Of a DNA stretch of 64,000 nt, positions 16,081 through 25,685 are shown piece after piece. The stretch comes from Methanonatronarchaeales archaeon. Lineage in GTDB: Archaea; Halobacteriota; Methanonatronarchaeia; JAANXF01. Position numbers and translations under genes: made by a program. Each line of letters opens with the position of its first letter. The first letter of the stretch is position 1. The stretch is taken from assembly GCA_018263395.1 (NCBI GenBank), contig JAANXF010000004.1, positions 3,840 through 67,839 of the forward strand. The letters are read 5' to 3'. The notes below the pieces were generated by a model. That model searched no databases and was not told the origin of the DNA. It saw only the letters and a list, made by a program, of their open reading frames with translations.

Positions 16081-16186
16081 CGGGCTCGGAGGGATTTGAA
16101 CCCCCGGCCATCTGGTGTCCTCCCGGCGAGTGTTCCCACGTTCGAGGGTAAAAGCCAGATGCTCTGCCGGACTGAGCTACGAGCCC
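16081..16186 (-). tRNA. tRNA-Lys(UUU) with 32-nt intron at 37/38 (intron 16117-16148)
   Basis: Minus strand GGGCTCG..CGAGCCCG acceptor, D-arm TAGCTCAG..GGCAGAGC, anticodon stem TCTGG/CCAGA, loop CT-TTT-A, T-loop TTCAAAT; removing 32 nt gives a 74-nt cloverleaf; CCA not encoded. Confidence 0.93.
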
Positions 16187-16371
16187 ATTCGTTAGGGACG
16201 GCTCCTTCCCAAGCAACGACGCCTTCACTTTAGAATGAGCCCCCGCATATGCGGCCATCCTATTCGAATCCCGTACGGATAAATCTTGCGCAGACCGTCA
16301 TTTTTAACCGGCCCCGGCGTGGTGCGGACGGCTCCACGGGCCACAGGCCCTGACCCCCATCGGCACAGTAA

Positions 16372-18102
16372 TCAGTAGTAGTACTCGCCCCTCGACCTCC
16401 TCTCCCTGTCCACGCGTGAACCCGGCTTGTTTATCCGTGGCCGCCCCGAGTCCTCGTCCCTCCTGAACGTTATGCCCAGCCCTTCCAGGAACCTGTTCAT
16501 TCCCTCTCCCTTCTCCATCGGTCCCTCCCCGACGCCCCGTCTCCCCGGCTCCCCCGAGAACACCATCAGTCTGTCGGCCAGAAGGTCGACCATGTACATA
16601 TCGTGGTCCACCACCAGCGTGGGGAGGCCCCCGGAGGCGGCGTGCCTCTTTATCGCCCTGCTGGCGGCGAGCCTCTGCTCCACGTCGAGGTGGGCGGAGG
16701 GCTCGTCGAGCAGGTAGATGTCCGCCTCCCTGGACAGGCAGGCCGCGATGGCCACTCGCTGAAGCTCCCCGCCGCTGAGGTGCGAAAGCTCCCTGTCCAT
16801 TAGTCCCACGAGGTCGAGGGGTCGTACGATCCGGGACCGGTACATCGAGGTCCCGAAGTCCTTCCCGGCCCTCACAAGGAGCTGCTCCACCGTTCCGTAG
16901 AAGTCGGCCTCTATGTACTGTGGCTTGTAAGAGGTCGTCAGCCCGGGGGCGGCTTCCCCCTCGGGCTCGACTGCTCCCGCCAGCATCTTGACGAAGGTGG
17001 ATTTGCCCGTGGCGTTGGGTCCCACTACGCAGACCGTTTCTCCCTCCCGCAGCTCTCCCTCCCGGACCTCCATCGAGAACTCGCCGTAGTCCTTCGACAG
17101 CTCCGGGAACTCGTGCAGCACGCGCCCCCGCGTCCTGCCCGGGTCCCTCTCGAAGGTAACCGGTTCGTCACGTATCCTCACGTTCTCGTCGGTGAGGAAA
17201 CCCTCCAAGTACTGGTTGATTCCCCGCCTGGTCGACTTGGGCGGCGTAATCACTCCGTACGCGCCCGGCTCCCCGAACCCTACGTGGACCGCGTCGGATA
17301 GCAGGTCCAGGATGGCCATGTCGTGGTCCACGACGAGTGGGCTCAGTTCGTCGGACAGCTCCTTCATCAGCCGGGCGACCGCCACCCTCTGCCTGATGTC
17401 CAGAAAGGGGGTAACCTCGTCGAGGAAGTGAAAGTCGGCCTCCCTGGACAGGCAGGCCGCGATGGCCACTCGCTGAAGCTCCCCGCCGCTGAGGTGCGAA
17501 AGCTCCCTGTCCAGCAGGTGGTCTATCTCGAGCCTCTCGAGGAGGTCCCGGTCCACCCCGGAGACCCGCTCCAGCAGGTCGCGCGCGGTTCCGCTCACGT
17601 CGGATAGGGCGTCGACGTACTGGGGCTTGCGTGAGAAGGTCACCTCGCCGTCCCTCAGCCTTTTGAAGTGGGCGCCGAGCTCGGTGCCGCCGAACTTCTC
17701 GACCACTTCCTCGATGGAGCCGGCCCCGCCGCCGAGGTTTGGCGTAAGGTTTCCGGACAGAATCTCCATGGAGGTGGTTTTCCCTATGCCGTTCGGGCCG
17801 AGGATGCCGACGACCCTCCCCGCCGGAGGCCGCGGCACGCCGTAGAGGGCGAAGCCGTTTCTCCCGTATCGGTGCAGCGGCTCCTCCAGCTCCTCGGGCA
17901 GGTTTACTATCCGTATCGCGTCGAAGGGACACTTCCTTACGCAGATGTTGCAGCCGACGCAGAGCTCCTCGTCTATTACGGGCTTGCCCTCCGCGAGCTC
18001 GAAAACCTCCTCCCCCGTTCGCTGGGGCGGGCAGAAGTTGACGCACTCGTGGTTGCACCTCTCCGGCTGACACCGGTCCCTGTCCACCACTGCTATACGC
18101 AC
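16372..18102 (-). CDS. rli: ABCE1/RLI ribosome recycling ATPase
   Basis: N-terminal 2x[4Fe-4S] Cys pattern (CQPERCNHECVNFCP, CVGCNICVRKCP), two Walker A (GPNGIGKT, GPNATGKS), two LSGGELQR signatures. Confidence 0.98.
   Translation of the reverse strand: MRIAVVDRDRCQPERCNHECVNFCPPQRTGEEVFELAEGKPVIDEELCVGCNICVRKCPFDAIRIVNLPEELEEPLHRYGRNGFALYGVPRPPAGRVVGILGPNGIGKTTSMEILSGNLTPNLGGGAGSIEEVVEKFGGTELGAHFKRLRDGEVTFSRKPQYVDALSDVSGTARDLLERVSGVDRDLLERLEIDHLLDRELSHLSGGELQRVAIAACLSREADFHFLDEVTPFLDIRQRVAVARLMKELSDELSPLVVDHDMAILDLLSDAVHVGFGEPGAYGVITPPKSTRRGINQYLEGFLTDENVRIRDEPVTFERDPGRTRGRVLHEFPELSKDYGEFSMEVREGELREGETVCVVGPNATGKSTFVKMLAGAVEPEGEAAPGLTTSYKPQYIEADFYGTVEQLLVRAGKDFGTSMYRSRIVRPLDLVGLMDRELSHLSGGELQRVAIAACLSREADIYLLDEPSAHLDVEQRLAASRAIKRHAASGGLPTLVVDHDMYMVDLLADRLMVFSGEPGRRGVGEGPMEKGEGMNRFLEGLGITFRRDEDSGRPRINKPGSRVDRERRSRGEYYY
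16724..16799. repeat. 76-bp perfect direct repeat, copy in ABCE1 NBD2
   Basis: Identical to 17438-17513 (gcctccctggacaggcaggcc...agctccctgtcca). Confidence 0.95.
17438..17513. repeat. 76-bp perfect direct repeat, copy in ABCE1 NBD1
   Basis: Identical to 16724-16799. Confidence 0.95.
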
Positions 18103-18132
18103 GGTCCTTAATCTCCCCCCTTCATTGAGGGT

Positions 18133-18459
18133 CTAACGGTATATGGGGTTGACCGGGATGAGGAGGGTCCACGTGGTTATCGCGAAAGTCACGGTCATGA
18201 ACCCCAGAAAGAGCCAGTCCTTGGAATCGAATTCGGAGGGGTCTACGCCGATGTATGGGAAAAGCGGTCCCTGGAGCCATATGGCGAACAGTATCAGCAT
18301 CAGGGCGAACGGCTCCCTTATGAGTCCATCCGCCTCCTGACTCCAGGTAAGCTCGAAGGAGAGGGCTCCGGAGAGTATGCCCAAGAGCGTCGAGAGGAGC
18401 GTTTTCTTTATTCCCCTCATGTACTCCTCGCGTTCGTCTCCCTCGGGAAGCAGACCCAT
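18133..18459 (-). CDS. Small three-TM membrane protein, probably EMC6-like
   Basis: Three hydrophobic segments; KDWLFLGFMTVTFAITTWTLL C-terminus; sits upstream of rli, as I recall for haloarchaeal EMC6-like genes. Confidence 0.65.
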   Translation of the reverse strand: MGLLPEGDEREEYMRGIKKTLLSTLLGILSGALSFELTWSQEADGLIREPFALMLILFAIWLQGPLFPYIGVDPSEFDSKDWLFLGFMTVTFAITTWTLLIPVNPIYR

Positions 18460-18650
18460 TGCCCGGCTTCTTGTCGGTCCTGCGACAATAAGTCTTGCCG
18501 GGACCGGAGCGGTGGGGGCCTCCCGTCACAGGTGGCGGCCCGGCCCCCGTCTCCACGCGTCCTCGACGGGGCCCCTTCCTCCGAAATAAACCCGGCATAG
18601 ACGGCCGTTCGACAGGTTGAATGTAATACGGAGAGCACTTTACGGAGGCG

Positions 18651-20627
18651 ATGAAGGAGAGGCTCACGAGCTTCGACGTGGCAGCGGTGACGGGGGAGCT
18701 GGACGGGGCGCTGGAGGGCGCCAGCGTGCAGAAGACGTACCAGGTCGACGAGGAGGAGCTGAGGGTCCGCCTGTACAGGGAGGGGCGGCTGGACCTCGTG
18801 GTCTCTCCCGAGAGGGTGCACCTCACCCGGTACCCGAAGCCTGCTCCGAGGGTCGCCTCCAACCTCTCCATGGCGATGCGAAAGAGGACCCGGGGCGGCT
18901 TCGTCAGGGCGGTCGAACAGCACGGCTTCGACAGGGTTCTCTCCGTGCGTATAGGCACGGGTGACGGCGAGGTGCTGCTGGTCGTGGAGATGTTCGGCGA
19001 AGGCAACGTGGTCCTGGTGCGGGACGGGGTGACGGAGGTGTGCCTCAACTCGAGGAGCTTCAGGGACAGGAAGGTCGTACCGGGCGAGGTTTACGGATTT
19101 CCTCCCTCCAGGGTGGACCCCTCCGATATGGGGGTCGAGGAGCTGGGGGGAGTTCTCCGGAATTCCGGAAAAGACCTGGTACGGGGCCTGGCGACCGAGC
19201 TGGGCCTCGGCGGGCTGTACGCGGAGGAGACCGTGTCGAGGTCGGGTCTGGAGAAGCACCTCGACGCAGCCGAGATGTCGGACGAAGACGTCGAGTCCGT
19301 CCACGGCGCGCTGCGGGAGCTGTTCGACGAGCTGGACGGGGACGGCTCCCCGCAGGTGGTTTACCGCGAGGGGGAGCCGGTCGACGCAGTTCCGCTCGAC
19401 CTGGAGAGGTACGGCTCACTCGACAGCGAGGGGTTCGATTCCTTCAACGAAGCACTTGACGCGTTCTTCTCGCAGGTCGAGATGGAGAGGGTCGGCGAGG
19501 CCGAGGAGGCCTGGAACGAAGAGACGGCATCGCTGGAGGAGAGGCTGGAGCACCAGGAGGAGGCGATCGCGAGCTTCGAGGAGGAGGCGGAGGAGATGCG
19601 GAGAATGGGCGACGCCCTGTACGAGCACTACGGCGAGGCCTCGCAGGTCCTCGAGGCTGTCCGGAGGGGCAGGGACGAGGGCCACTCCTTCGACGAGATA
19701 GCGGAGGCGATCGAGGGCTCCGGGTCGGACGCGGTCTCCACGTTCGAGGATATACGGGGGGACAGGTGCGAGGTTATTCTCCGGCTCGACGGCGAGAGCG
19801 TCGGGGTCGACTTCCGGGTCGACGTCCCTGAGAACGCTGAGAGGCTGTACGAGAGGGGGAAGAGGGCGAGGGAGAAGATGGAGGGGGCCAGGAGGGCGGC
19901 CCTGGTCACGAGAGAGAGGATCGGGGAACTGAAAGAGCGGGGCTTCGAGGCCGACGAGGGGGTTCCCCGACGCCCGGTCAGGGCCCCGGAGAGGTGGTAC
20001 CACCGCTTCAGGTGGTTCCGAACGTCCAGCGGGGACCTGGTGGTCGCCGGCAGGGACGCCTCGCAGAACGAGGAGCTCGTGAAGAGGCACCTGGAGAAGG
20101 AGGACCTTTTCCTGCACACCGAGGTGGAGGGGGCACCCGTAACGATTCTGAAGGGCGGGCAGGGTGCCCCCGGGACTGCGGTGGAGGAGGCAGCCGTTTT
20201 CGCGCTGTCGAACTCCGCCATCTGGAAAGGGGGTGCCTTCTCCGGCGACGTATACGCCGTCGGGCCGGAGCAGGTGAGCAAGACTCCGGAGAGCGGCGAG
20301 TACCTCCCGAAAGGCAGCTTCGCTGTAAGAGGAAAGAGGCGGTACTTCCGCAATCTCGGTGTCTCACACTGCGTCGGCCTCACGGTCGAGGACGAGACCC
20401 GGGTGATGGGTGGCCCGTGCTCCGCAGTGAGGGAGCGCTGCAGGTACTGGGTGGAGCTGGAGCCCGGGGACCTGGAAAAGTCCTCGGCCGCGAACGAGGT
20501 GCGAGGTATTTTCGACGAGGGATGCGCCGATGAGGACGCGCTGGTGGTAGAGAAAGTGGCGACTCAGGAGGAGGTGGCGAGAGCCCTGCCTCCGGGCGGA
20601 AGCAGGGTGGTGGGTTCTTGGAGATAG
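18651..20627 (+). CDS. rqcH: RqcH/Rqc2 (NFACT) ribosome quality-control protein
   Basis: LTSFDVAA N-terminus, EQHGFDRV, VVEMFGEGNVVL, coiled coil, NFACT-R WYHRFRWF..GRDASQNE, SKTPESGEYLPKGSF. Confidence 0.95.
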   Translation: MKERLTSFDVAAVTGELDGALEGASVQKTYQVDEEELRVRLYREGRLDLVVSPERVHLTRYPKPAPRVASNLSMAMRKRTRGGFVRAVEQHGFDRVLSVRIGTGDGEVLLVVEMFGEGNVVLVRDGVTEVCLNSRSFRDRKVVPGEVYGFPPSRVDPSDMGVEELGGVLRNSGKDLVRGLATELGLGGLYAEETVSRSGLEKHLDAAEMSDEDVESVHGALRELFDELDGDGSPQVVYREGEPVDAVPLDLERYGSLDSEGFDSFNEALDAFFSQVEMERVGEAEEAWNEETASLEERLEHQEEAIASFEEEAEEMRRMGDALYEHYGEASQVLEAVRRGRDEGHSFDEIAEAIEGSGSDAVSTFEDIRGDRCEVILRLDGESVGVDFRVDVPENAERLYERGKRAREKMEGARRAALVTRERIGELKERGFEADEGVPRRPVRAPERWYHRFRWFRTSSGDLVVAGRDASQNEELVKRHLEKEDLFLHTEVEGAPVTILKGGQGAPGTAVEEAAVFALSNSAIWKGGAFSGDVYAVGPEQVSKTPESGEYLPKGSFAVRGKRRYFRNLGVSHCVGLTVEDETRVMGGPCSAVRERCRYWVELEPGDLEKSSAANEVRGIFDEGCADEDALVVEKVATQEEVARALPPGGSRVVGSWR

Positions 20628-21658
20628 TTCACAGGGACGAACGGGAGGGACTGGTCGAAGTCAGGGTCACGAACCTCGACGACCTGTGGGTCCTGAAGAG
20701 CGTCGTGGAGCCGGGGGACCGGGTCCGGGCCCGGACGTTCAGGAGGGAGTCCTCCGACACGGACATGGTGAGGGCCAGGAGGGGCGAGCGCAGGCCCGTT
20801 ACACTCACGGTGCGGGTGGAGAGCGTTGAGTTCCACAGGCACAGCGAGAGGCTGAGGCTGCTGGGCATCGTGCTATCGGGTGACGAGGAGGCCTCGGGTA
20901 GGCACCACACGATCAACGTCGAGGTCGGGGAGAGCTTTTCGATTTACAAGGATCGGTGGCGGAGCGACCAGCTCGAGAGGCTGGAGGATTCCGTGGTGGA
21001 GGGGCCGTCGGTGGGCATCCTGACCATCGAGGAGGGGGAGGCGTTCTACGGACTCGTCAGGGAGTTCGGGGTGGACAGGACGTTTACGGTGAAGGGGGGT
21101 ACGGGGAAGAGGTACGGGGAGTCATCGCGCGAAGAGTTCTTCGGAGAGGTGGCGGTGGCCCTGTCGCGGGCGGCAGAAACGCAGGACCTCGACGCCGTGA
21201 TAGTGGCGGGTCCAGGTTTCACGAGGGACGACCTGGTGAGCTTCATCTCGGAGAGGCACCCGGAGCTCTCCGAGTCGGTGTACACGGAGACCTGCTCGGG
21301 CGCCGGCCCCGGCGGGGTTCAGGAGGTGATAAGGAGGGGCGCCGTGGACAGGGTGGGGAGGGAGAGCAGGCTATCACGGGAGTCGAGGGCCGTGGAGCGT
21401 CTGTTGAAGGAGATCGCGACCCGGGGAAGGGCGGCCTACGGCCCGGACGAGGTCGACAGGTCCCTCGAGATGGGGGCCGTTGAGGAACTGCTGATAACCG
21501 ACGAGAGGCTCAGGAGCGGAGAGGAGTGGAGCGACCTGGTGGAGAGGGCCGAGCAGACGGGTGGCGAGTACCTCGTCGTCAGCAGCGAGCACGAGCCCGG
21601 GGTAAAGCTCGACGCGCTCGGAGGCGTGGCGGCACTCCTGCGGTTCAGGATCGAGTAG
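20618..21658 (+). CDS. pelA: Pelota (aDom34) ribosome rescue factor, TTG start
   Basis: NLDDLWVL, GRHHTINV, IVAGPGF, AAYGPDEV, LGGVAALLRF. Confidence 0.95.
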   Translation: MEIVHRDEREGLVEVRVTNLDDLWVLKSVVEPGDRVRARTFRRESSDTDMVRARRGERRPVTLTVRVESVEFHRHSERLRLLGIVLSGDEEASGRHHTINVEVGESFSIYKDRWRSDQLERLEDSVVEGPSVGILTIEEGEAFYGLVREFGVDRTFTVKGGTGKRYGESSREEFFGEVAVALSRAAETQDLDAVIVAGPGFTRDDLVSFISERHPELSESVYTETCSGAGPGGVQEVIRRGAVDRVGRESRLSRESRAVERLLKEIATRGRAAYGPDEVDRSLEMGAVEELLITDERLRSGEEWSDLVERAEQTGGEYLVVSSEHEPGVKLDALGGVAALLRFRIE

Positions 21659-22302
21659 GTTTCCCGGTTCGCGGGGAGCCACTGGATAGAACTCCGCCCC
21701 GAGTGGGTAAGGTGGTCAGGTCCGCGTACGTAGGGTCCCCAGTACCCGGATTCTGGACGTCCCCCTCGGCGAGGACGCGGGGAATCCGGCGGCGTGTGTG
21801 GATGAGGCGGTTGAGCCTGAACCGCGTGAATCCTCGACGTCGCTGAAGGTTCGGAACCGCGCCCCGGGTACAGTGTTCACCGAAGGAGATTTGTCAGTGC
21901 CCCCGTTGGTATGCCTCGCCCTTCTCCACTGGGCCATGGGGGAGCCTTTCACAGACCCCTATATAGTGACTGTTGGAGATGTGGAGTGATTTTTCATGGA
22001 GGAAGGAACCCTTCAAACATGCCTTTTTCTCTCCCGATCTGGTGGAGAGATAGGTCCCCTCAGGAAGGACCGTTTCACCAGTCGCCTCCGATAATCGTTA
22101 GGACACTCCTTCACTCACGGGAAGAGTCATAAAATATCGCCAAGAACCACTATAGCCACGGAGAGCGTCGACCCTACGCCCGGTTTTCGTTATGGTGGTA
22201 TCCCGGCAGGCAGGTGGGCAGACAGGTGGTAGCCTGTGTACCCTGCTTGTGCACCTTACTCCCCGTCGCGGCCTCACGCTCCTGCGATTCAGGCCCGCGC
22301 GG

Positions 22303-22578
22303 CTAACCCGACTGTTCCAGCTCCGATCCCCTGGTGCAGTAGTATCCGTGCTCCAGGTCGTTCTCCAGGTAAACAGGGCAGTTTCCGCATATACATCCCG
22401 CCTCATTTGAGATGCTTTCGCTGCTTCCAATGGTCGGGAAGCAGTAACCGACCAGCCAGTCTCCATCGAGGTGCGTGGGACATCCGGGACAGGTGCAGAG
22501 GTCCAGAGTTTTTTCCCTGCTCTCACTCACCTCCTCGCTGAGACCGCCTGTCTCGTCCACCGTCTGCGCGAAGTCCAT
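22303..22578 (-). CDS. Cys-rich DUF2769-like protein
   Basis: CTCPGCPT..YC...GCICGNCPV..YYC pattern typical of this methanogen-associated family. Confidence 0.75.
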   Translation of the reverse strand: MDFAQTVDETGGLSEEVSESREKTLDLCTCPGCPTHLDGDWLVGYCFPTIGSSESISNEAGCICGNCPVYLENDLEHGYYCTRGSELEQSG

Positions 22579-22977
22579 GCGGTACGCCTCGGGGCAATTC
22601 GGGCGAACGTAACGTTAAGCCTTTCCCCGAGGTTTCGGGACCCCGCGGTTTCGGTCCGAATCGGAGGGGTGGCGGGACCCGCGGGGTACGTAGACTTGGG
22701 GGTCGACCGTTACGGGACGGCCCTCAGGATTCGGCCTGTCCCCCCAGAATCGGCAGGGACCGTACGGCGCGTGGGCAGAAGGAGGCGGCGCTTTCGCGTG
22801 GATGGGGAGGCGGGCGGGTGATAACCGGGGGTTCAGTCGCTTTATGGGAGAGAATAAAGGATAAGCGACGTCAACCCGCCCACCTTAACAGTGTTATGTA
22901 CCTCGCGCTATTTAAATGTTTGTGTGCCGTGGGTGGGTACTGTGGACCCGGCCCAGCGTCACCGGGCCTGAAACGGA

Positions 22978-23052
22978 TGGGGTCGCCCGGATTTGAACCG
23001 GGGTCCACACGTCCCAAACGTGCGAGGATGGACCAGGCTACCCAACGACCCC
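22978..23052 (-). tRNA. tRNA-Pro(UGG)
   Basis: Minus strand GGGGTCG..CGACCCCA acceptor, anticodon stem GCACG/CGTGT with loop TT-TGG-GA, T-loop TTCAAAT. Confidence 0.95.
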
Positions 23053-23137
23053 TCTCCCGTAGTTGGGTTCCCCCGATATTTAGGCTTCCCTGGAAACCGG
23101 GTAAAAAAATGGAGGCGGCCGCGCTCAGGCGGCCTCT

Positions 23138-23320
23138 TTACGTCTCCACGAGCACGGGCCGGAGAACCACTTCGAACTCTCCTCCGCACTCGTCACACGT
23201 GACCGGCACTGAGCCCCTGTTCTGCAGCGCCAGCTCCCTCCGGGAGCCACACATCGGGCAGACCAGGTCTGACCCCGCCACGCTCTGAAGGGTGGCGGCC
23301 GGTTTTGTCTCTGTAGCCAT
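23138..23320 (-). CDS. Small CPxCG-type zinc-finger protein
   Basis: CPMCG...CDECG in 60 aa. Confidence 0.65.
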   Translation of the reverse strand: MATETKPAATLQSVAGSDLVCPMCGSRRELALQNRGSVPVTCDECGGEFEVVLRPVLVET

Positions 23321-23446
23321 CTCTCTCCTCCGAACCGCTTGCCTCGGTCCCCGTAGGGAGGGACCGGTCCTCCGGCCCGGTAGGGCAGGCCGGTACGCGG
23401 TGAGCTAGAAGTTCCGGGACAGGTATTAAAAGTTAACTGTGGCCGG

Positions 23447-24427
23447 CTACAGCTCCCCGATTCCCTCGACGGTGACGCCGCTTCCCCCCTCGACGTACCC
23501 TATTACGGACGCTTCGTGCCCGGTCTCCCCCGCAATCCGTACGACGTCGCCGGGCGTACTGGTCGCCATCACAATCCCGGCACCCATGTTGAAGGTCCGG
23601 TACATCTCCCCGCTCGACACCGCGCCGGCGTCCTGCACGGTGTCGAAGATCGCGTGGGGCTCCGGGGGATCGACGATTCGGTAGGAGTTGGGCCCCATGC
23701 GCTCCAGGTTGAGCAGGCCTCCGCCGGTTATGTGGGCCGCCGCACGGGAGTGCCCCTCGCGGTAGCACCGCAGCACCGGCTCCGCGTACACCTCCGTGGG
23801 CCTCAATAGGGCCTCCCCCACCGTCGAGTTCCCGAGCTCCTCGTCCAGAGCCACGCCTGCGTCCTCAACGGACCTCCGTGCGAGGGTGAGGCCGTTGCTG
23901 TGGATCCCCGAGCTCGCCAGCGCCACTAGGGTATCCCCCGGCTGTGCCCTCGACGTAACGACGTCTTCCCCCTCTCCAAACCCGATGCAGCACCCCACCA
24001 GGTCGATACCCCGCACCACTTCCGGCAGGGTGGCCGTCTCGCCGGCGACCAGATCGACGTCCGCGATTTCACAGCCCCTGGCGAGGCCCTCCCCGAGCTG
24101 CTCCGCGGCCTCCCTGTCGAGGTGTTCCACCGCGACGTAATCCACGAACGCCACCGGCTCCACCCCGGTACATACCACGTCGTTCACGTTCATGGCGACA
24201 CAGTCGACCCCGACCGTGTCGAGCCTGCCGAGTGCCTCTGCCACGAGCAGCTTTGTTCCGACGCCGTCCACGGAGAGGGCCATCGCTTTATCGCCGAGCC
24301 GGAGGATGCCGGCGTAGCCGCCGAGCGCCTCGACGCTTTCTCCTCTCACGGGGCCCAGCCGGGACGTGAGCGCCTCGACGAAGGCGGCCTCCTCGTCTAT
24401 GTCCACTCCGGCTTCCGCGTAGTCCAT
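23447..24427 (-). CDS. purM: Phosphoribosylformylglycinamidine cyclo-ligase
   Basis: MDYAEAGVDI start (ATG 24427), DGVGTK, GETA, SSGIHSNG, HITGGG, MYRTFNMG. Confidence 0.97.
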   Translation of the reverse strand: MDYAEAGVDIDEEAAFVEALTSRLGPVRGESVEALGGYAGILRLGDKAMALSVDGVGTKLLVAEALGRLDTVGVDCVAMNVNDVVCTGVEPVAFVDYVAVEHLDREAAEQLGEGLARGCEIADVDLVAGETATLPEVVRGIDLVGCCIGFGEGEDVVTSRAQPGDTLVALASSGIHSNGLTLARRSVEDAGVALDEELGNSTVGEALLRPTEVYAEPVLRCYREGHSRAAAHITGGGLLNLERMGPNSYRIVDPPEPHAIFDTVQDAGAVSSGEMYRTFNMGAGIVMATSTPGDVVRIAGETGHEASVIGYVEGGSGVTVEGIGEL

Positions 24428-24502
24428 GCCCCACCTTCGGTTTGCGGCGACATGTGGGTTTCTACGCCCCAAGTTATTTAGAGGGGTCCCCATCTTAGGT
24501 GG

Positions 24503-25393
24503 ATGCCCGACATGGAGGTCCTATCGGAGGCGCTTCGCTACATACGGAGGTTCCAGGGCCTGAGCGTGGTCGTGAAGAGCGGCGGCCACGCTATGGTCGA
24601 CGGTTCCACCATGGAGAACATCGCGAGGGACCTGGTCCTCACGAGGAACGTAGGCATACGGCCCGTCCTCGTACACGGGGGAGGACCAGAGATCAGCCGC
24701 GTGATGGACCGGATGGGGAAGGAGCCCCGAGTGGTGGAGGGGCTGAGGGTTACGGACGAGGAGACGCTGGAGATAGCCAAGATGGCGCTGATAGGGAACG
24801 TGGGGACCCGCATGGTGGCCAACATCTGGACCGGTGGCGGGAGGGGGGTGGGCCTCACCGGGAAGGACGGAGGACTCTTCATCGCCAGGAGGAAGGGCTC
24901 GAAGCGGGTAAGGGTCGGCGGAGAGGAGCGCGAGGTGGACCTCGGATTCGTCGGTGAGATAGTCTCCATCGACACCGACGTCGTCGAGACGGTAGCAGAG
25001 AGGGGGTACATTCCCGTGATTTCCCCCATAGCTATGGACGAGGACGGCGGCTCCCTCAACGTGAACGCAGACGAGGTCGCCGGCGAGCTGGCGGGGGCCC
25101 TGGGCGCCAGCAAGCTAATCATGGTAACGGACGTTCCCGGCGTACTCCGCGACCGGGAGGACCCCTCGTCACTCGTCTCGGAGATGTCGGTGCCCGAGGT
25201 GAGGAGGGCAATCGAGGACGGCGTGGTCTCCGGCGGGATGGTGCCCAAACTGGAGGCCTGCACGGGGGCGATTACCTCGAGCACCGTGGACAGGGCCCAC
25301 ATAATAGATGGAACCAGACCCCACAGCATCCTCGAAGAGCTTTTCACCGACAGGGGTTCCGGGACCATGATAACCCTGGGGGAGAAGATTTAA
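24503..25393 (+). CDS. argB: Acetylglutamate kinase
   Basis: VVKSGG, VHGGGPEI, GLRVTD, NVNAD, GGMVPK, ELFTDRGSGT. Confidence 0.96.
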   Translation: MPDMEVLSEALRYIRRFQGLSVVVKSGGHAMVDGSTMENIARDLVLTRNVGIRPVLVHGGGPEISRVMDRMGKEPRVVEGLRVTDEETLEIAKMALIGNVGTRMVANIWTGGGRGVGLTGKDGGLFIARRKGSKRVRVGGEEREVDLGFVGEIVSIDTDVVETVAERGYIPVISPIAMDEDGGSLNVNADEVAGELAGALGASKLIMVTDVPGVLRDREDPSSLVSEMSVPEVRRAIEDGVVSGGMVPKLEACTGAITSSTVDRAHIIDGTRPHSILEELFTDRGSGTMITLGEKI

Positions 25394-25456
25394 GTCCACA
25401 AAGGGGCAAGAGAACAAACCACAAAAAGCCAGAAAATGCTAGAGGTGTGCAAATAA

Positions 25457-25666
25457 ATGGAAGAAGGTTTCCGAATGCCCCCATCCCCCGTAGAGGTGGG
25501 CGAGACGTACGAGGTAGAGATCACGGACACAGGCAAGGAGGGGGACGGGATCGGCCGCGTGGACAACTTCGTCCTGTTCGTCCAGGGTGCCGACGTGGGG
25601 GATACTGTGGAGGTAGAGGTCACCGACGTAAAGAAGACGTTCGGCATCGCCACGGTAGCGGAGTAA
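25457..25666 (+). CDS. Single TRAM-domain RNA-binding protein
   Basis: [37 protein letters not shown]. Confidence 0.9.
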   Translation: MEEGFRMPPSPVEVGETYEVEITDTGKEGDGIGRVDNFVLFVQGADVGDTVEVEVTDVKKTFGIATVAE

Positions 25667-25685
25667 CGCTTTCTCAGGAGGCCCT

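Noticed and set aside
21714-21724. SRP RNA-like GGTCAGGTCCG
   Set aside because: The GGAA tetraloop and AGCAG half of helix 8 are missing; no RNase P GAGGAAAGTCC core was found nearby either.
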